Shown one piece after another: positions 9,946 through 20,287 of a DNA stretch of 64,000 bases. Position 1 is the first letter of the stretch, and each line of letters opens with the position of its first letter. The stretch lies in IMG/VR virus record IMGVR_UViG_3300029305_006221, positions 1 through 64,000 of that record; one strand, given 5' to 3'. The notes under the pieces were generated by a model. That model did no database searches and was not told the DNA's origin. It saw only the letters and a list, made by a program, of their open reading frames with translations. Both the position numbers and the translations under genes were made by a program. This DNA comes from a virus.

Positions 9946-11139
9946 TTAGTTATTCCCACGAGTTTTATTCAGTCCAAAATCATATGTTTGATATAGGTCA
10001 ATATAAAACTTCTCCTTTTCATTTAATTCATTAATACTACATTTCTCTAATATCTCAAAAGTGAAGTTGTCAATACCCTTTTCTCTTGTAAAAGCATAGA
10101 GTTGACTTGTTACAGGGGTATCGATACCCAAACTACATTTAACATGCGTTACCCAACGCTCTTTAATATCTTTAGCCTGACCGATATAGGATATACCAGA
10201 GTCAATGTGAGTTATTTTATATATTCCACTTGCGCCCACCGCACCTACGCGCGCCGCAAGGTCATTGACTTTATCTCTATAGAACGTAGACCATATAAGC
10301 ATGCGTAGAGGTCTTGGTTCGCGCAAGTTATATTCGATACTTTGAAGATATGCCACGTCACGCTTATCTGCTTCATTAAGTTGAAGAGTATAGAATGTTG
10401 CTTGGTTTTTAATCTCTTCTTCGCGCAGTTGAGCTTCCATTGCGGCGGCCCTAGTTGCACGAATTTTTTCTAGTTCTTTACGGATTGAGTCTAGATCGGC
10501 GCGCATTGCCGCCTCTTCTTCTTGCAATTCTTTAGACATTGACTGTTGCTTATCATAAAATAACTATACAAGAGCATCAATATCTTGTCTGCGCTCTTCA
10601 ATTAATCCTTTTTCTCTTGCATCAAGTTCTTGGAGTCTATCAAAGTATAATTGATCAAGAGTATCTATCTCCATATCAAACTCTTGTTCTTTCTATTTGT
10701 ATTCATAATCAAGAGTATCACAGTATTGCTCAAACGATGCGCGGGCTGCAGCTTTTAGGTCGCCTAACATTGTCTCTACAGAGCTGCTTAAAGCGGTGAT
10801 TTGCGCCTCAACTCCTGCTTTTTCAATTTGTTTACTTTGAATTTCATCTATTAATAATAACTTCTATTGAGTTAGTTGATTTAATTTGTCGTAAGAGTTT
10901 TTTGTTTTTTTGCAGTTCTCTTCATACTTTTGAGAAATTTCATTGTTAGATTTTATCAATAAGTCATTTTGAGCTTCTAAACTTTTGCGAGTTGCATGTA
11001 ATGACTAATTAAGTTCTTCCAGCTTCTAATTCTCCTCTGCCGTATAGTGATTAGCTTTTACGGACGTGGTTTTAGTCCATATACCATAAGCAAGACCTCC
11101 CGCTCCAAGAAGAATTGATATTACGCATATTATTATCAT
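9946..11139 (-). CDS. membrane-anchored coiled-coil protein with C-terminal GIY-YIG nuclease domain; five in-frame TAG codons
   Basis: N-terminal TM helix (MIIICVISILLGAGGLAYGIW), then a long heptad-rich region, then GIYKITHIDSGISYIGQAKDIKERWVTH. One frame is open through 5 TAGs and no other stops. ATGA overlap with the upstream gene. Confidence 0.6.
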
Positions 11140-11360
11140 ACAAAAGTAGACTCCTTTGTATTATATAAATCTTTTAAAAGATTAAATATTCCTTCTCCGG
11201 TTTGATATCCATCTGGAAAGTATTTTGTATATTCCTCTTCTGTTAATACCGCTCCTTGTCCCCACCAAGGAGTTTCTGGAGGCATTTTTGGTAAATCAGT
11301 AATGAACTCTGCTTTATCAGAAGGCTGTAAACTTATATATAAATGTAATTCGTATTCCAT
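11136..11360 (-). CDS. hypothetical protein
   Basis: 74-aa ORF. Confidence 0.35.
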   Translation of the reverse strand: MEYELHLYISLQPSDKAEFITDLPKMPPETPWWGQGAVLTEEEYTKYFPDGYQTGEGIFNLLKDLYNTKESTFV

Positions 11361-11411
11361 AGCTTTTACAATTTAAGGGGTAATTTAAGAAATTACCCCT
11401 ATCCTTCCTTA

Positions 11412-11681
11412 TTACTTGCTCTCAGGTGCCTCTGGATCAAAGTCACGACCTGCATCGGTAAGACGAATAAATTTTACCTTCTTATGTGTGTTATCTGCAA
11501 GTTCGACCTCGGCCTCTTCACGAACCATAAGACCTTTCTTTTGAAATGCACTTGTTACAATACCGTTAACACTCTTTACTTCAAGATTAAGAGCTTCTGC
11601 GATATCCTAGGCAGTAAAATCTGCTCCATCATTTTCTTTTACATAGTTAAATACTGCAATTGAGTTGGGCTTAAGTGCCAT
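11412..11681 (-). CDS. winged-helix protein with one in-frame TAG (11607-11609)
   Basis: MALKPNSIAVFNYVKENDGADFTA*DIAEALNLEVKSVNGIVTSAFQKKGLMVREE... A paralogous pattern to the 8639-9022 gene. Confidence 0.5.
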
Positions 11682-11943
11682 AATTTTGTTCTCCTTTTTT
11701 CTCTGTTGAATTTTTATTTTTATTTCTGACAAAGTTATCTTCTAAGAGTCCCTTTGACATAATATAATCTTCCAATGCCATCATCTCCATTAAGGTCATA
11801 GATTCTATGATGGCGCTTATTTTTTCTTCGCACTCATCTTTTTTTTCTGGATCTCGAGCCATGATTTCAAGTGCGGCAACCTCTTTAGCCTTAGGTGCGA
11901 TTTTCTTTTTGAGCGCTCTGCGCTCTTCTCTATTCATAGTCAT
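11671..11943 (-). CDS. hypothetical protein
   Basis: 90-aa ORF. A promoter-like TTGACA-N18-TATAAT lies at about 11945-11985. Confidence 0.35.
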   Translation of the reverse strand: MTMNREERRALKKKIAPKAKEVAALEIMARDPEKKDECEEKISAIIESMTLMEMMALEDYIMSKGLLEDNFVRNKNKNSTEKKGEQNYGT

Positions 11944-11968
11944 ATTATATATTATTTTTTTAAATATG

Positions 11969-13966
11969 TCAATTTAACATATCTAAAAGCTCCTGTTCTG
12001 TAATTATTGGTATATTTAGTTCTTTTGCTTTTTGGTTTTTACTTGAAGTAGAATTTATGTCATTGTTAACAAGGTAGTCAGTTTTTGAAGATACTGATGA
12101 TGTTACCTTGCCACCTGCGGCGGTTACTGCTGCCGAAAGTTCATCTCGATTCTTCCAGATGTGAACTCGACCTGTGACGCAGAAAGTTTTACCTTCGAGC
12201 GCATTTCCAGAATTTTCCAGTGCGCTTATTCCAGGTCCATCTTCAATCACTATAAAACCTCTGTCATACATCATATCAGCTTCTGTATAATCAAAATTAA
12301 CAATAGCATCATGCATTGCTGGGCCAAAACCATCAAGCTCCGTAAAATCCGCTCCGCTACGCATTGTTAATCTAAAGATATCATAATCATCATAAGTCTG
12401 CGCTAACTGACGCGCATAAGTTTTACCAATAAGTGGAATACTGATGGCACTCAAATACTTCTCAAGGGTCGTATGGCGCGCAGTTTCAATAGCATCTAAT
12501 ACTTTATCTACACTCTTGATTCCAAATCCAGGTTTTTCAATCCATTCTCTTCTACGCTGATGCAAATAGAATAGATCCATTATTCTTGTTACCCAACCCC
12601 AGTCAATAAGTTTCTCTAAAGTCGCTTTAGATAAGCCTTTAATATCAAGACCTTTCTTAGAACAAAAATGCTCCAAACGATTTATTAATTTTCCTTCGCA
12701 AGTATCGCTTGAACAATACAGCTCAACAGTTCCACTATCACTCTCTCTGATTTCTGTTGGCGCGCCGCAAATTGGGCATATCTTAGGCGGGAATAAGAAT
12801 TTAATTTCTGAATCATTAAGATAATAACCCGGATCCGCGCCCAATATTTCCTCAGCTTTTTGCCCCCAACTTACTTGAGGATTTATCATTAACGCCTTAT
12901 ATGTTTTTATCTTTTGTCCTACATAGGGATATTCACCAAGAATCTCGACTAAAGTGTTGATATTATGAAGACTTGCCCTTGAGCACATAGTATTTTCCAT
13001 TTCTATTTCTCGATAAATAGCAACTGGACTAAGCACTCCTGTTTTGCCCATGCTCCATTCAATATCTAATAGCTCAGTTTCATATTCTTCATCATAAAAT
13101 TTGAATGCAATCGCTGCTTTCGGATGATGTGCGGTAATGCCAGCTGCATAATATTCGCTCTTATTGTTTAGCTTAAAGACAACCCCATCAATGGGAACGC
13201 CTTCATTTTGAGCATTTAACTGAATTCCTTTGATGATTAACTCCCAGTCATTAGGGCCATTAACATAATCAACAATAGTAAACCCATAAAGAGCCAAATT
13301 CTCAAGCTGTTGGTGAAGCTCGATAGTTTCGCTTTCGTCGTCATAAATACAGTCCCATGCAATAAAGCTTAAATTTCTTTTGGCGGACTCCGCCGCATCA
13401 AGCAATCTAATACTGCCTGATGCAAAATTTCTTGAGTTAGCATATTCTTCTGCAAAAGGTGCAAAGTCTTGCGCCAAACAGACTATTTCTCCATCAACTA
13501 CAAGTCTGCCATCATGTGGAATCCACTTAGGTATATTTTTCACAACCTTAGCATTGTGCGTGATATCTTCGCCTACCTCACCATTGCCTCTTGTCGCTGC
13601 TTGAATTAAGCGTCCATCCTGATAGATAAGACGACACGATAGACCGTCACATTTAGCCATTGCAATCCATTGCTTATTTTCGAATTTATTTTCGATATCA
13701 GAAATCTCTTTTGTTTTATCAAGAGAGAGCATAGGGAAGTCTTCATCGTGCTTTACCTTTTTAAGCTCGCTTACAACTGTATATCTTATCTTTTGAGTTG
13801 GAGAGTTTGGAAGCACTTCTCCTATAGCAATTTCAAGTTCTTTAAGTTCAAGATATGCTTCATCCCAAGCAGAGTCTGAAATTGCAGGCATACCTTTATC
13901 ATATAAATCCTGATATTTATTTAGATAATCAACAAGGAAAATCATTCTTTCTTTAAGATTACTCAT
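11969..13966 (-). CDS. ligA: NAD-dependent DNA ligase (LigA-like)
   Basis: N-terminal Ia domain with the SPTQKI signature. KxDG adenylation motif (AKCDGLS). C-terminal BRCT (GKTFCVTGRV...). 665 aa. Confidence 0.8.
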   Translation of the reverse strand: MSNLKERMIFLVDYLNKYQDLYDKGMPAISDSAWDEAYLELKELEIAIGEVLPNSPTQKIRYTVVSELKKVKHDEDFPMLSLDKTKEISDIENKFENKQWIAMAKCDGLSCRLIYQDGRLIQAATRGNGEVGEDITHNAKVVKNIPKWIPHDGRLVVDGEIVCLAQDFAPFAEEYANSRNFASGSIRLLDAAESAKRNLSFIAWDCIYDDESETIELHQQLENLALYGFTIVDYVNGPNDWELIIKGIQLNAQNEGVPIDGVVFKLNNKSEYYAAGITAHHPKAAIAFKFYDEEYETELLDIEWSMGKTGVLSPVAIYREIEMENTMCSRASLHNINTLVEILGEYPYVGQKIKTYKALMINPQVSWGQKAEEILGADPGYYLNDSEIKFLFPPKICPICGAPTEIRESDSGTVELYCSSDTCEGKLINRLEHFCSKKGLDIKGLSKATLEKLIDWGWVTRIMDLFYLHQRRREWIEKPGFGIKSVDKVLDAIETARHTTLEKYLSAISIPLIGKTYARQLAQTYDDYDIFRLTMRSGADFTELDGFGPAMHDAIVNFDYTEADMMYDRGFIVIEDGPGISALENSGNALEGKTFCVTGRVHIWKNRDELSAAVTAAGGKVTSSVSSKTDYLVNNDINSTSSKNQKAKELNIPIITEQELLDMLN

Positions 13967-14201
13967 TTTCTTCCTCCCAATAACTTTGATTTCTTGCGCC
14001 CATTTTTTCTTGCTCCCAAATTAAATCGCTGAACAAATCATCTTGTTTGTCTTTAATATTCTCTGCTATTGTGGCATATAGCAATGCAAATAAAGCAGGC
14101 GGAATTTCTCTTGTCGTATTTGTTCTATTATTCACACATAACACTTGACTAAAATCTCCATTATAATGAATAGTATAATCTTCATTATGTTTACTGTGCA
14201 T
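13959..14201 (-). CDS. hypothetical protein
   Basis: 80-aa ORF overlapping the ligase start. Confidence 0.35.
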   Translation of the reverse strand: MHSKHNEDYTIHYNGDFSQVLCVNNRTNTTREIPPALFALLYATIAENIKDKQDDLFSDLIWEQEKMGARNQSYWEEENE

Positions 14202-14202
14202 A

Positions 14203-14742
14203 TTATTTCTCCTCTATTCCCCAACCTAAATTCAAATTTTCCTTAATCCAAGATGGTAAATCTTTTTTCTGCATTAATTCAAAATGCCTTTTGCTTGGCG
14301 CCATACATTCAATCCAATCAAACGGAATAATAACTGTTGCGCCATAGATCCCGTTTAGCTCAAAAACATAAGCATCTCTGATTTGAGCCAATATTTTTCC
14401 TGCAAACTTATGATTAATAGTAGTATTTTTAAAGTTAATTTGGAACTCTGGTTTAACTCTTACTATATAAACCATATCTGTATTATTTTGAGGCTGTTCT
14501 GTTTCTTTCTTTGGAAAAGTTTCCATAATAATTGAAAATTGTCCTCGATTGAGTTTTTCATCTAATTCAACAGGATATCCAAAAAAGTATGTTGTTTTTA
14601 ATTTATTAAAATCAAAACCTTTGGGTAAGCAAATTTTTGTTATTCCACATCCTCTAAAATCATCATATTCTCTAAAATTTTCAAGAAGTGCATCAAATAC
14701 TCCAATTCGCTCACAATCATAATTTACAATATACTCAACCAT
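14203..14742 (-). CDS. hypothetical protein
   Basis: 179-aa ORF. Promoter at 14773-14801. Confidence 0.45.
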   Translation of the reverse strand: MVEYIVNYDCERIGVFDALLENFREYDDFRGCGITKICLPKGFDFNKLKTTYFFGYPVELDEKLNRGQFSIIMETFPKKETEQPQNNTDMVYIVRVKPEFQINFKNTTINHKFAGKILAQIRDAYVFELNGIYGATVIIPFDWIECMAPSKRHFELMQKKDLPSWIKENLNLGWGIEEK

Positions 14743-14772
14743 TTTTTATTTCTCCTTTTATTCTTATAATAT

Positions 14773-14801
14773 ATTATAACATATTTTTAATAAAAAATCA
14801 A
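14773..14801 (-). promoter_or_regulatory. sigma70-type promoter, class A (TTGATT-N17-TGTTATAAT)
   Basis: Motif read directly. Upstream of 14203..14742. Confidence 0.6.
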
Positions 14802-14802
14802 T

Positions 14803-14823
14803 AAGAGGGTTATTCACCCTCTT
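14803..14823 (-). terminator. rho-independent terminator after the gyrA-like gene
   Basis: AAGAGGGUGAAUAACCCUCUU hairpin followed by a U-rich tract on the minus strand. Confidence 0.5.
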
Positions 14824-14828
14824 ATTGT

Positions 14829-17165
14829 TTATAGTTTTATTACTGATTTAATAATGCTATTTTTAATCATTATATTACCTTGCGCCGTGCGCGCTAAAAG
14901 CGGAATTTCAGTGGCTGATATACAGATACTGTTTGGTGAACCTACTATGAGAAGGTTATCTTCATCACTGATAAGAGCTGCGCCGGACAGGTCTCCGCTT
15001 CCTATCTTTAGACCTTTACCACCCCTGCCCTGAACAGGGAATTCTTCAATCGGGGTCTTGCGCCCCATGCCATTTGCGCTAAATGTTGCAAGAGTGTCAG
15101 TCTTGTGTTTAATAGGCAATCCAGTCAAAACTTCATCACCATCATTTAACTTAATGCTCTTTACACCAGAAGTTACGCGCCCAATAGGAGAGATATCTTT
15201 CGTTTCAAAGCGAATACTCATTCCCTGCTTTGTAATGATGATAAAATCTTCTTCATTAGCAAAGGTAACAGTGGCAAGCGAGTCACCTTCCTTAAACTTA
15301 ATTGCGGCAATACCTGTTGTGCGTTTAGTTTGAAGGTATTCTTCTAACTTAGTCTTCTTAAAGAGTCCCTGCTTTGTAATAAAGATTACATATTCTGCTT
15401 GGCTCTTGCGATATAGAGATGTCATAGCTACGACTTTTTCATCTGCTTCAAGATTTATCAATGCGCCGATACGTCCACCCTTAGAAGCATTGGTTCCAGT
15501 AGGAACTTTATCTACCAAGAGACGATACATCTTACCCTTATCCGTAAAGAACATCAAGGTATCAACGGTGTTAGTAGAAATCATATCAAGGATTGCGTCA
15601 TCTGTTGTCTTTACCCCTTTGCCATTACGTCTCTGCAATTTAAAGCTACTTGAAGGCACTCTCTTAATGTCACCATTTTGCGTAGCTATTACAACACAAT
15701 CTTCAGGCACTACAGTTTCAAGTTCCTTTTCTGCTTTAGGAAGCTCAATCTGTTCAAGACTGGTTCTACGCGCATCGCCATATTTCTTGACAAATGTAGT
15801 AAGGCGCTCGCGCAATACCTCACGCTGCTTAGTTTCATTAAGGAAGAGAGTGTTTAATTCCTCAACTTCTTTGCGCAATTCTTCTGCCTCTTGATTCAAC
15901 TCAACCTTTTCAAGTCCAGCGAGCTTACCAAGCTTCATATCTACGATAGCTTTTGCCTGTGCTTCGGAGAACTTATAGGTGGCGATTAACGCATCCTTGG
16001 CGGCCGTCGCACTTGCAGATTTCTTAATGAGCGCAATAATGTTATCGATATCTTCCAATGCACGAAGAAGTCCTTCAACGATATGAAGTCTATCCTGTGC
16101 CTTTTCCAAATCAAACTGCGCTTCGTTTTGAATACAAAGCAGATTATGGTTTACATAAATCTCGCAACACTGTTTCAAATTAAGCTCTGTAGGAGTCTTA
16201 TCCACAAGCGCGACTTGGTTATACGAGAATGAGGACTGGAGATCGGTCTTTGCGAACAATTGCTTTACGATAGCGTCAGGGTTTGCGCCTTTCTCACATT
16301 CGATAACGATTCTCATACCCTTCTTATTACTCTCGTCTCTTAAATTCTCAATACCTTCAAGTTCTTTTGCATCACAGAGCTTTCCAATTTCTGCAAGAAG
16401 AGCTTCTGTTTGAACTCCATAAGGTATTTCATAAAAGACGATATTTTGCTTTTCAATATTATATCTACCACGAACCTTTACTGTTCCGTGACCTGTTTTC
16501 ATTATTGCAGGGATGTCATTTTTGTTTATTACAACACCACCTGTTGGGAAGTCAGGTCCAGGCAACATAGGCTCAGCGCCATCCATATATGCGAAAATTG
16601 CATCTGCGACTTCGGTTAAGTTGTGTGGCGCCCAGTTACAAGCAATAGCCCATCCAATACCCATATTCGGATTGCAAAGTAAGTTAGGAAACAATGCAGG
16701 AAGAGTCATAGGCTCTTCTGTTGTTTCATCATAATTGCGCATAAAACGCACATTGCGCTTCTTTAATCCTTGCAATAGTCCGTCTTCTGTAAACTTAGCA
16801 AGGCGCGCCTCAGTATAACGATAATGCGCCGGGCCGTCGCCTCCCACATTACCCATGTTTCCGTGGAAATCAATCAGCGGATATCTCATTTCCCAAGGCT
16901 GTGCAAGGCGAACAAGCGCGCCGTAGATGGAGCTATCTCCATGAGGATGGAACCTAGCCATTACATCACCGACGATATTTGCACACTTAACATGAGGCTT
17001 ATTGGAGCTTCTACCCGAATCATATGCGCCATAGATAATTCTTCTTGCAACGGGTTTCAAACCGCTTGTAGCATCTGGTATCGCGCGGTCTTCATTCACG
17101 GCGGCCGCGTACTCAATACAGTTATTTGATAACTCTTGTGTTAATTCAACTTTATTATACTCCAT
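14829..17165 (-). CDS. type II topoisomerase A subunit (GyrA/ParC-like)
   Basis: AIPDATSGLKPVARRIIYG and the catalytic Tyr region. GGAGG RBS. 778 aa from MEYNKV. Terminator hairpin at 14803-14823. Confidence 0.8.
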   Translation of the reverse strand: MEYNKVELTQELSNNCIEYAAAVNEDRAIPDATSGLKPVARRIIYGAYDSGRSSNKPHVKCANIVGDVMARFHPHGDSSIYGALVRLAQPWEMRYPLIDFHGNMGNVGGDGPAHYRYTEARLAKFTEDGLLQGLKKRNVRFMRNYDETTEEPMTLPALFPNLLCNPNMGIGWAIACNWAPHNLTEVADAIFAYMDGAEPMLPGPDFPTGGVVINKNDIPAIMKTGHGTVKVRGRYNIEKQNIVFYEIPYGVQTEALLAEIGKLCDAKELEGIENLRDESNKKGMRIVIECEKGANPDAIVKQLFAKTDLQSSFSYNQVALVDKTPTELNLKQCCEIYVNHNLLCIQNEAQFDLEKAQDRLHIVEGLLRALEDIDNIIALIKKSASATAAKDALIATYKFSEAQAKAIVDMKLGKLAGLEKVELNQEAEELRKEVEELNTLFLNETKQREVLRERLTTFVKKYGDARRTSLEQIELPKAEKELETVVPEDCVVIATQNGDIKRVPSSSFKLQRRNGKGVKTTDDAILDMISTNTVDTLMFFTDKGKMYRLLVDKVPTGTNASKGGRIGALINLEADEKVVAMTSLYRKSQAEYVIFITKQGLFKKTKLEEYLQTKRTTGIAAIKFKEGDSLATVTFANEEDFIIITKQGMSIRFETKDISPIGRVTSGVKSIKLNDGDEVLTGLPIKHKTDTLATFSANGMGRKTPIEEFPVQGRGGKGLKIGSGDLSGAALISDEDNLLIVGSPNSICISATEIPLLARTAQGNIMIKNSIIKSVIKL

Positions 17166-20159
17166 ACTTAGCCTCCTTACTGTGATCCTGAATAAATTTC
17201 TTTCTTGCTGCAACTCCTACGCCCATCAGCTGATCAAACAAAACATCTGCTTTCTTTGCTTCTTCAACCGTAACCTGATTCAACACTCTTAAGCCTGGGT
17301 CTACAAGAATTTCAGTCTCGTCCTCTGACATCTCGCCTAATCCTTTGAATCTATTGACCTGATACTTTTTTCCTCTATTTTTCTCTTGAAACTCAGCCAA
17401 CTCTTTATCGTCTCTTAAATACAGATAAGTATCTTTACCCATCGTAATCTTATAGAGCGGCGCCACAAGTGCATATACATATCCATTTTCAATTAAAGCG
17501 GGGCAAAAATTCCATATAAATGTGTAAAACAAGTTTCTAATGTGTGCCATTAAACATTAGAATTGAGTATTTCTCCTGACTATCTTTTACTCTCTGTTTG
17601 AGAGGAAACCATTTCAGCATTTAATGGACTTCGTTTCCTAAAATCCAACTGCGTACCAATAGCAGCCTTACTTCCTTGCCCAGAAGGCTTAAGGAATAGT
17701 CGATACAGGTCAAATATTAACCCATTTTTTTTCTTTTTTCTTGTAAATAGGAAGGTTATCATAATAACGACCCCATAAAATCATTTGGAAAGTTTGATAA
17801 GCGACTCTGTTTTTATAATCTTCATAAATTTGCTTCGCAGTTTCATTAATATAACGAGTGCGAATAGCAATAATTTCTTCATCTGTAAAATGAGCATCTT
17901 TACCTTTTGAGCCACGGCTATTTTCATAGATGTAATAATCTTTATTCTCTTTGGTAAAAACCTCGGGCATAATGTGTGCCCAAGTTCTACCCTGCCAAAC
18001 AGATTGAAAGTTACTAAAAGTAGTTTTATCTTTAAATAATTCATATACATCTTTTTGGCGAAGATGCTTAGCGTATGCTTTACGAATTATCATAACATCT
18101 TCTTCGTTTAATTTTGCATTACCATTTAAAGAACCAACAGATGCTTGTTCTCCTCCGGGATTACAATTGTATCCATTTGGATAACTTTTATAATAAGCAA
18201 TCCAATACTGTTCTCTTTCATTTAATTGCTCTAATGAACATTCTTCTAATATCTCAAAATCAAAAGCTTCAGTTCCATATAAACCAATAGCTACGTCTAC
18301 TGGGATATCGGTTCTATCTCCTCTTTTATGCTCAGAGAAGCGCCTTTTTATATCATTAGTTTGTCCAATATAACACTTTCCATTAGATTTTTTAGTAATT
18401 TTATAAATTCCTATCATAATATATCTCCTTTTTGTATTTGGAGATAAGAGTTAATAAATGTTCCCACGGGATTACCAATACTCAGGCTTCCCCGTTAGCA
18501 TTGAAAAATTCTTATCTCTGTTCTATTATTATATGAAAATCGTACTAATCACATATTCTAATTTTAACCAAAAATTTTAAATTTTTCAATACCCTGCTGG
18601 TTAGCAGTAAAGTTTTTCATCGGCGCAACTTAAACTCGTTCACCGTCTGCATCCGCATCGGCAGCTATAATAATCTTCCCATAGCGCAGTGAGTCTTTAT
18701 CATACGTTAGCTTCATTGTTTTCGGATCGGTTTTAAGACCAAAGGCTTCAATCATAGTCATAATTTCTGCATTCTTTTGAATTTTATCTAAGGCTGCTTT
18801 TTGCGTATTTAATATCTTTCCGCGCACGGGCAGCACTGCTTGAAACTCATTATCGCGGGCAGCTTTCATATTGCCGGAGGCGCTATCGCCTTCCGTCACG
18901 TAAATTTCACAGTTAGCGCGAACCTTTGAATAACAGTCTGCTAATTTTGAATCAAACTTAAGCGCCTTTTCCTTTTTCTTTTTATCGCCTCGAGCCGCGT
19001 CGCGCGCCTTTTTAGCAGCTTCTCTTGCTTTCCTTGCAGATAAGGCTTTTTCAATAATTGTTTTAAAGGCATTTTTATAAGAAGATGTTAAATCTCCAAG
19101 AGCTTGAGTTGTTAGCTTCTGCGCATAAGTTCTACCTTCAGAAGAACTAAGCTCCTCTTTATTTTGTCCTTTAAAAACAGGATCAATCATCTTAAAGTTT
19201 AGAATTAAAATCATACCTTCTTCATAGTCTGAACCAGTAAGATTTTCTTCTTTTTCTTTAATTAACTTATTTTCTCTTGCAAAATTATTTAATCCCATTG
19301 TCCAAGCTGTTTTAAAACCTGTCAAATGAGTTCCTTTTTCTTGGGGAATATTGTTTGTATATAGTTTAATAACAGAAGAATAAGATTTACTATATCCAAT
19401 AGCAACCTCGAGTTGAAACTTACCTTCTTCGCTATTGAAGTAGAAAGGATCAGCTATAAACTCTCCTTTTGGATTTAAATAATCCATATAATCTGCAAGT
19501 CCGCGCTCAGAATAGAAATCTTCTTTTGTATCTAAAACGGTATAAATAAAATGTAGCCCTTTGCATAAAAAGCTAAATTCTCGAATCATATCTCGAATAC
19601 CTTTAATATCAAACTCTACTGTTTCAAGGACTTCTGGGTCAGGATAGAATTCAACAGAAGTTCCAGTGATCGATTTGTCAATTTTATTCTCTTTATGAGA
19701 AATAAATTGACCTCTTGAAAATTCTACGATTTCTTCAATGCCTTCGCGGCGGGTTTTTACAATCATAGATTTAGATAAAGCATTTACAGCCTTACCTCCA
19801 GTTCCGTGTTCTCCGCCAGAAGTATTATATCCAGATTCTCCAGTAGCATTATCAAATTTACCGCCAGTATTTGCAATACCAAAACAAGCTTGAAGCACAC
19901 TACAACCACTTGGATGTTTACCATGCGGAATGCCGCGCCCATTATCTTCTATGCGAATACCATTGTTTGGTAAAATAGTTACTTTTATTTGATTACCAGC
20001 TCCATTTAAATATTCATCAATACTATTAGAAATTATCTCTTTTACACAATGAAGTAATCCTTTTGCATCCTTACTTCCTATATACATACCGGGATACTTT
20101 CGGATATGCTCAAAGTAATCAAGAGATTTAATATTATCTGCTTGATAATTTTGTGTCAT
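17155..20159 (-). CDS. type II topoisomerase B subunit (GyrB-like), split by a group I intron. Exon 1 is 20159..18642. Exon 2 is 17547..17155.
   Basis: Exon 1 carries the GHKL ATPase (YIGS, NGRGIP) and TOPRIM EGDSA. It ends ...IIIAADADADG. Exon 2 starts AHIRNLFYTF...KGLGEM. The join recreates the conserved DxDxDG-HIR block. Confidence 0.75.
17548..18641 (-). mobile_element. group I intron (about 1094 nt) in the gyrB-like gene, carrying a GIY-YIG homing endonuclease
   Basis: U before the 5' splice site (GGU|GAA). G before exon 2 (..UUUAAUG|GCACAC). Structured GC-richer 3' region at 17580-17700. Confidence 0.6.
17710..18417 (-). CDS. GIY-YIG homing endonuclease (I-TevI-like), intron-encoded
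   Basis: MIGIYKITKKSNGKCYIGQTNDIKRRFSEHKRG. 235 aa. Confidence 0.75.
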   Translation of the reverse strand: MIGIYKITKKSNGKCYIGQTNDIKRRFSEHKRGDRTDIPVDVAIGLYGTEAFDFEILEECSLEQLNEREQYWIAYYKSYPNGYNCNPGGEQASVGSLNGNAKLNEEDVMIIRKAYAKHLRQKDVYELFKDKTTFSNFQSVWQGRTWAHIMPEVFTKENKDYYIYENSRGSKGKDAHFTDEEIIAIRTRYINETAKQIYEDYKNRVAYQTFQMILWGRYYDNLPIYKKKEKKWVNI

Positions 20160-20215
20160 TCATTTTCTCCTTTACTTTATTTTATTTTTTATTCATTTTT
20201 ATTTACTTATACTAT

Positions 20216-20244
20216 ATTATAACATATTTTTTCAAAAATTTCAA
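20216..20244 (-). promoter_or_regulatory. sigma70-type promoter, class A (TTGAAA-N17-TGTTATAAT), upstream of the gyrB-like gene
   Basis: Motif read directly. Confidence 0.55.
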
Positions 20245-20287
20245 CAAAATAAGCCTCAGATTAAATCTGAGGCTTATTATTTAATTA

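Noticed and set aside
15058-17129. Plus-strand ORFs antisense to the gyrA-like gene (15058..15333, 15406..15894, 16367..16734, 16824..17129)
   Set aside because: Antisense to a well-supported long CDS, with no start signals.
17580-18050. Small ORFs inside the gyrB group I intron (17580..17762, 17781..18050)
   Set aside because: They overlap the structured intron 3' region and the real GIY-YIG ORF in other frames.
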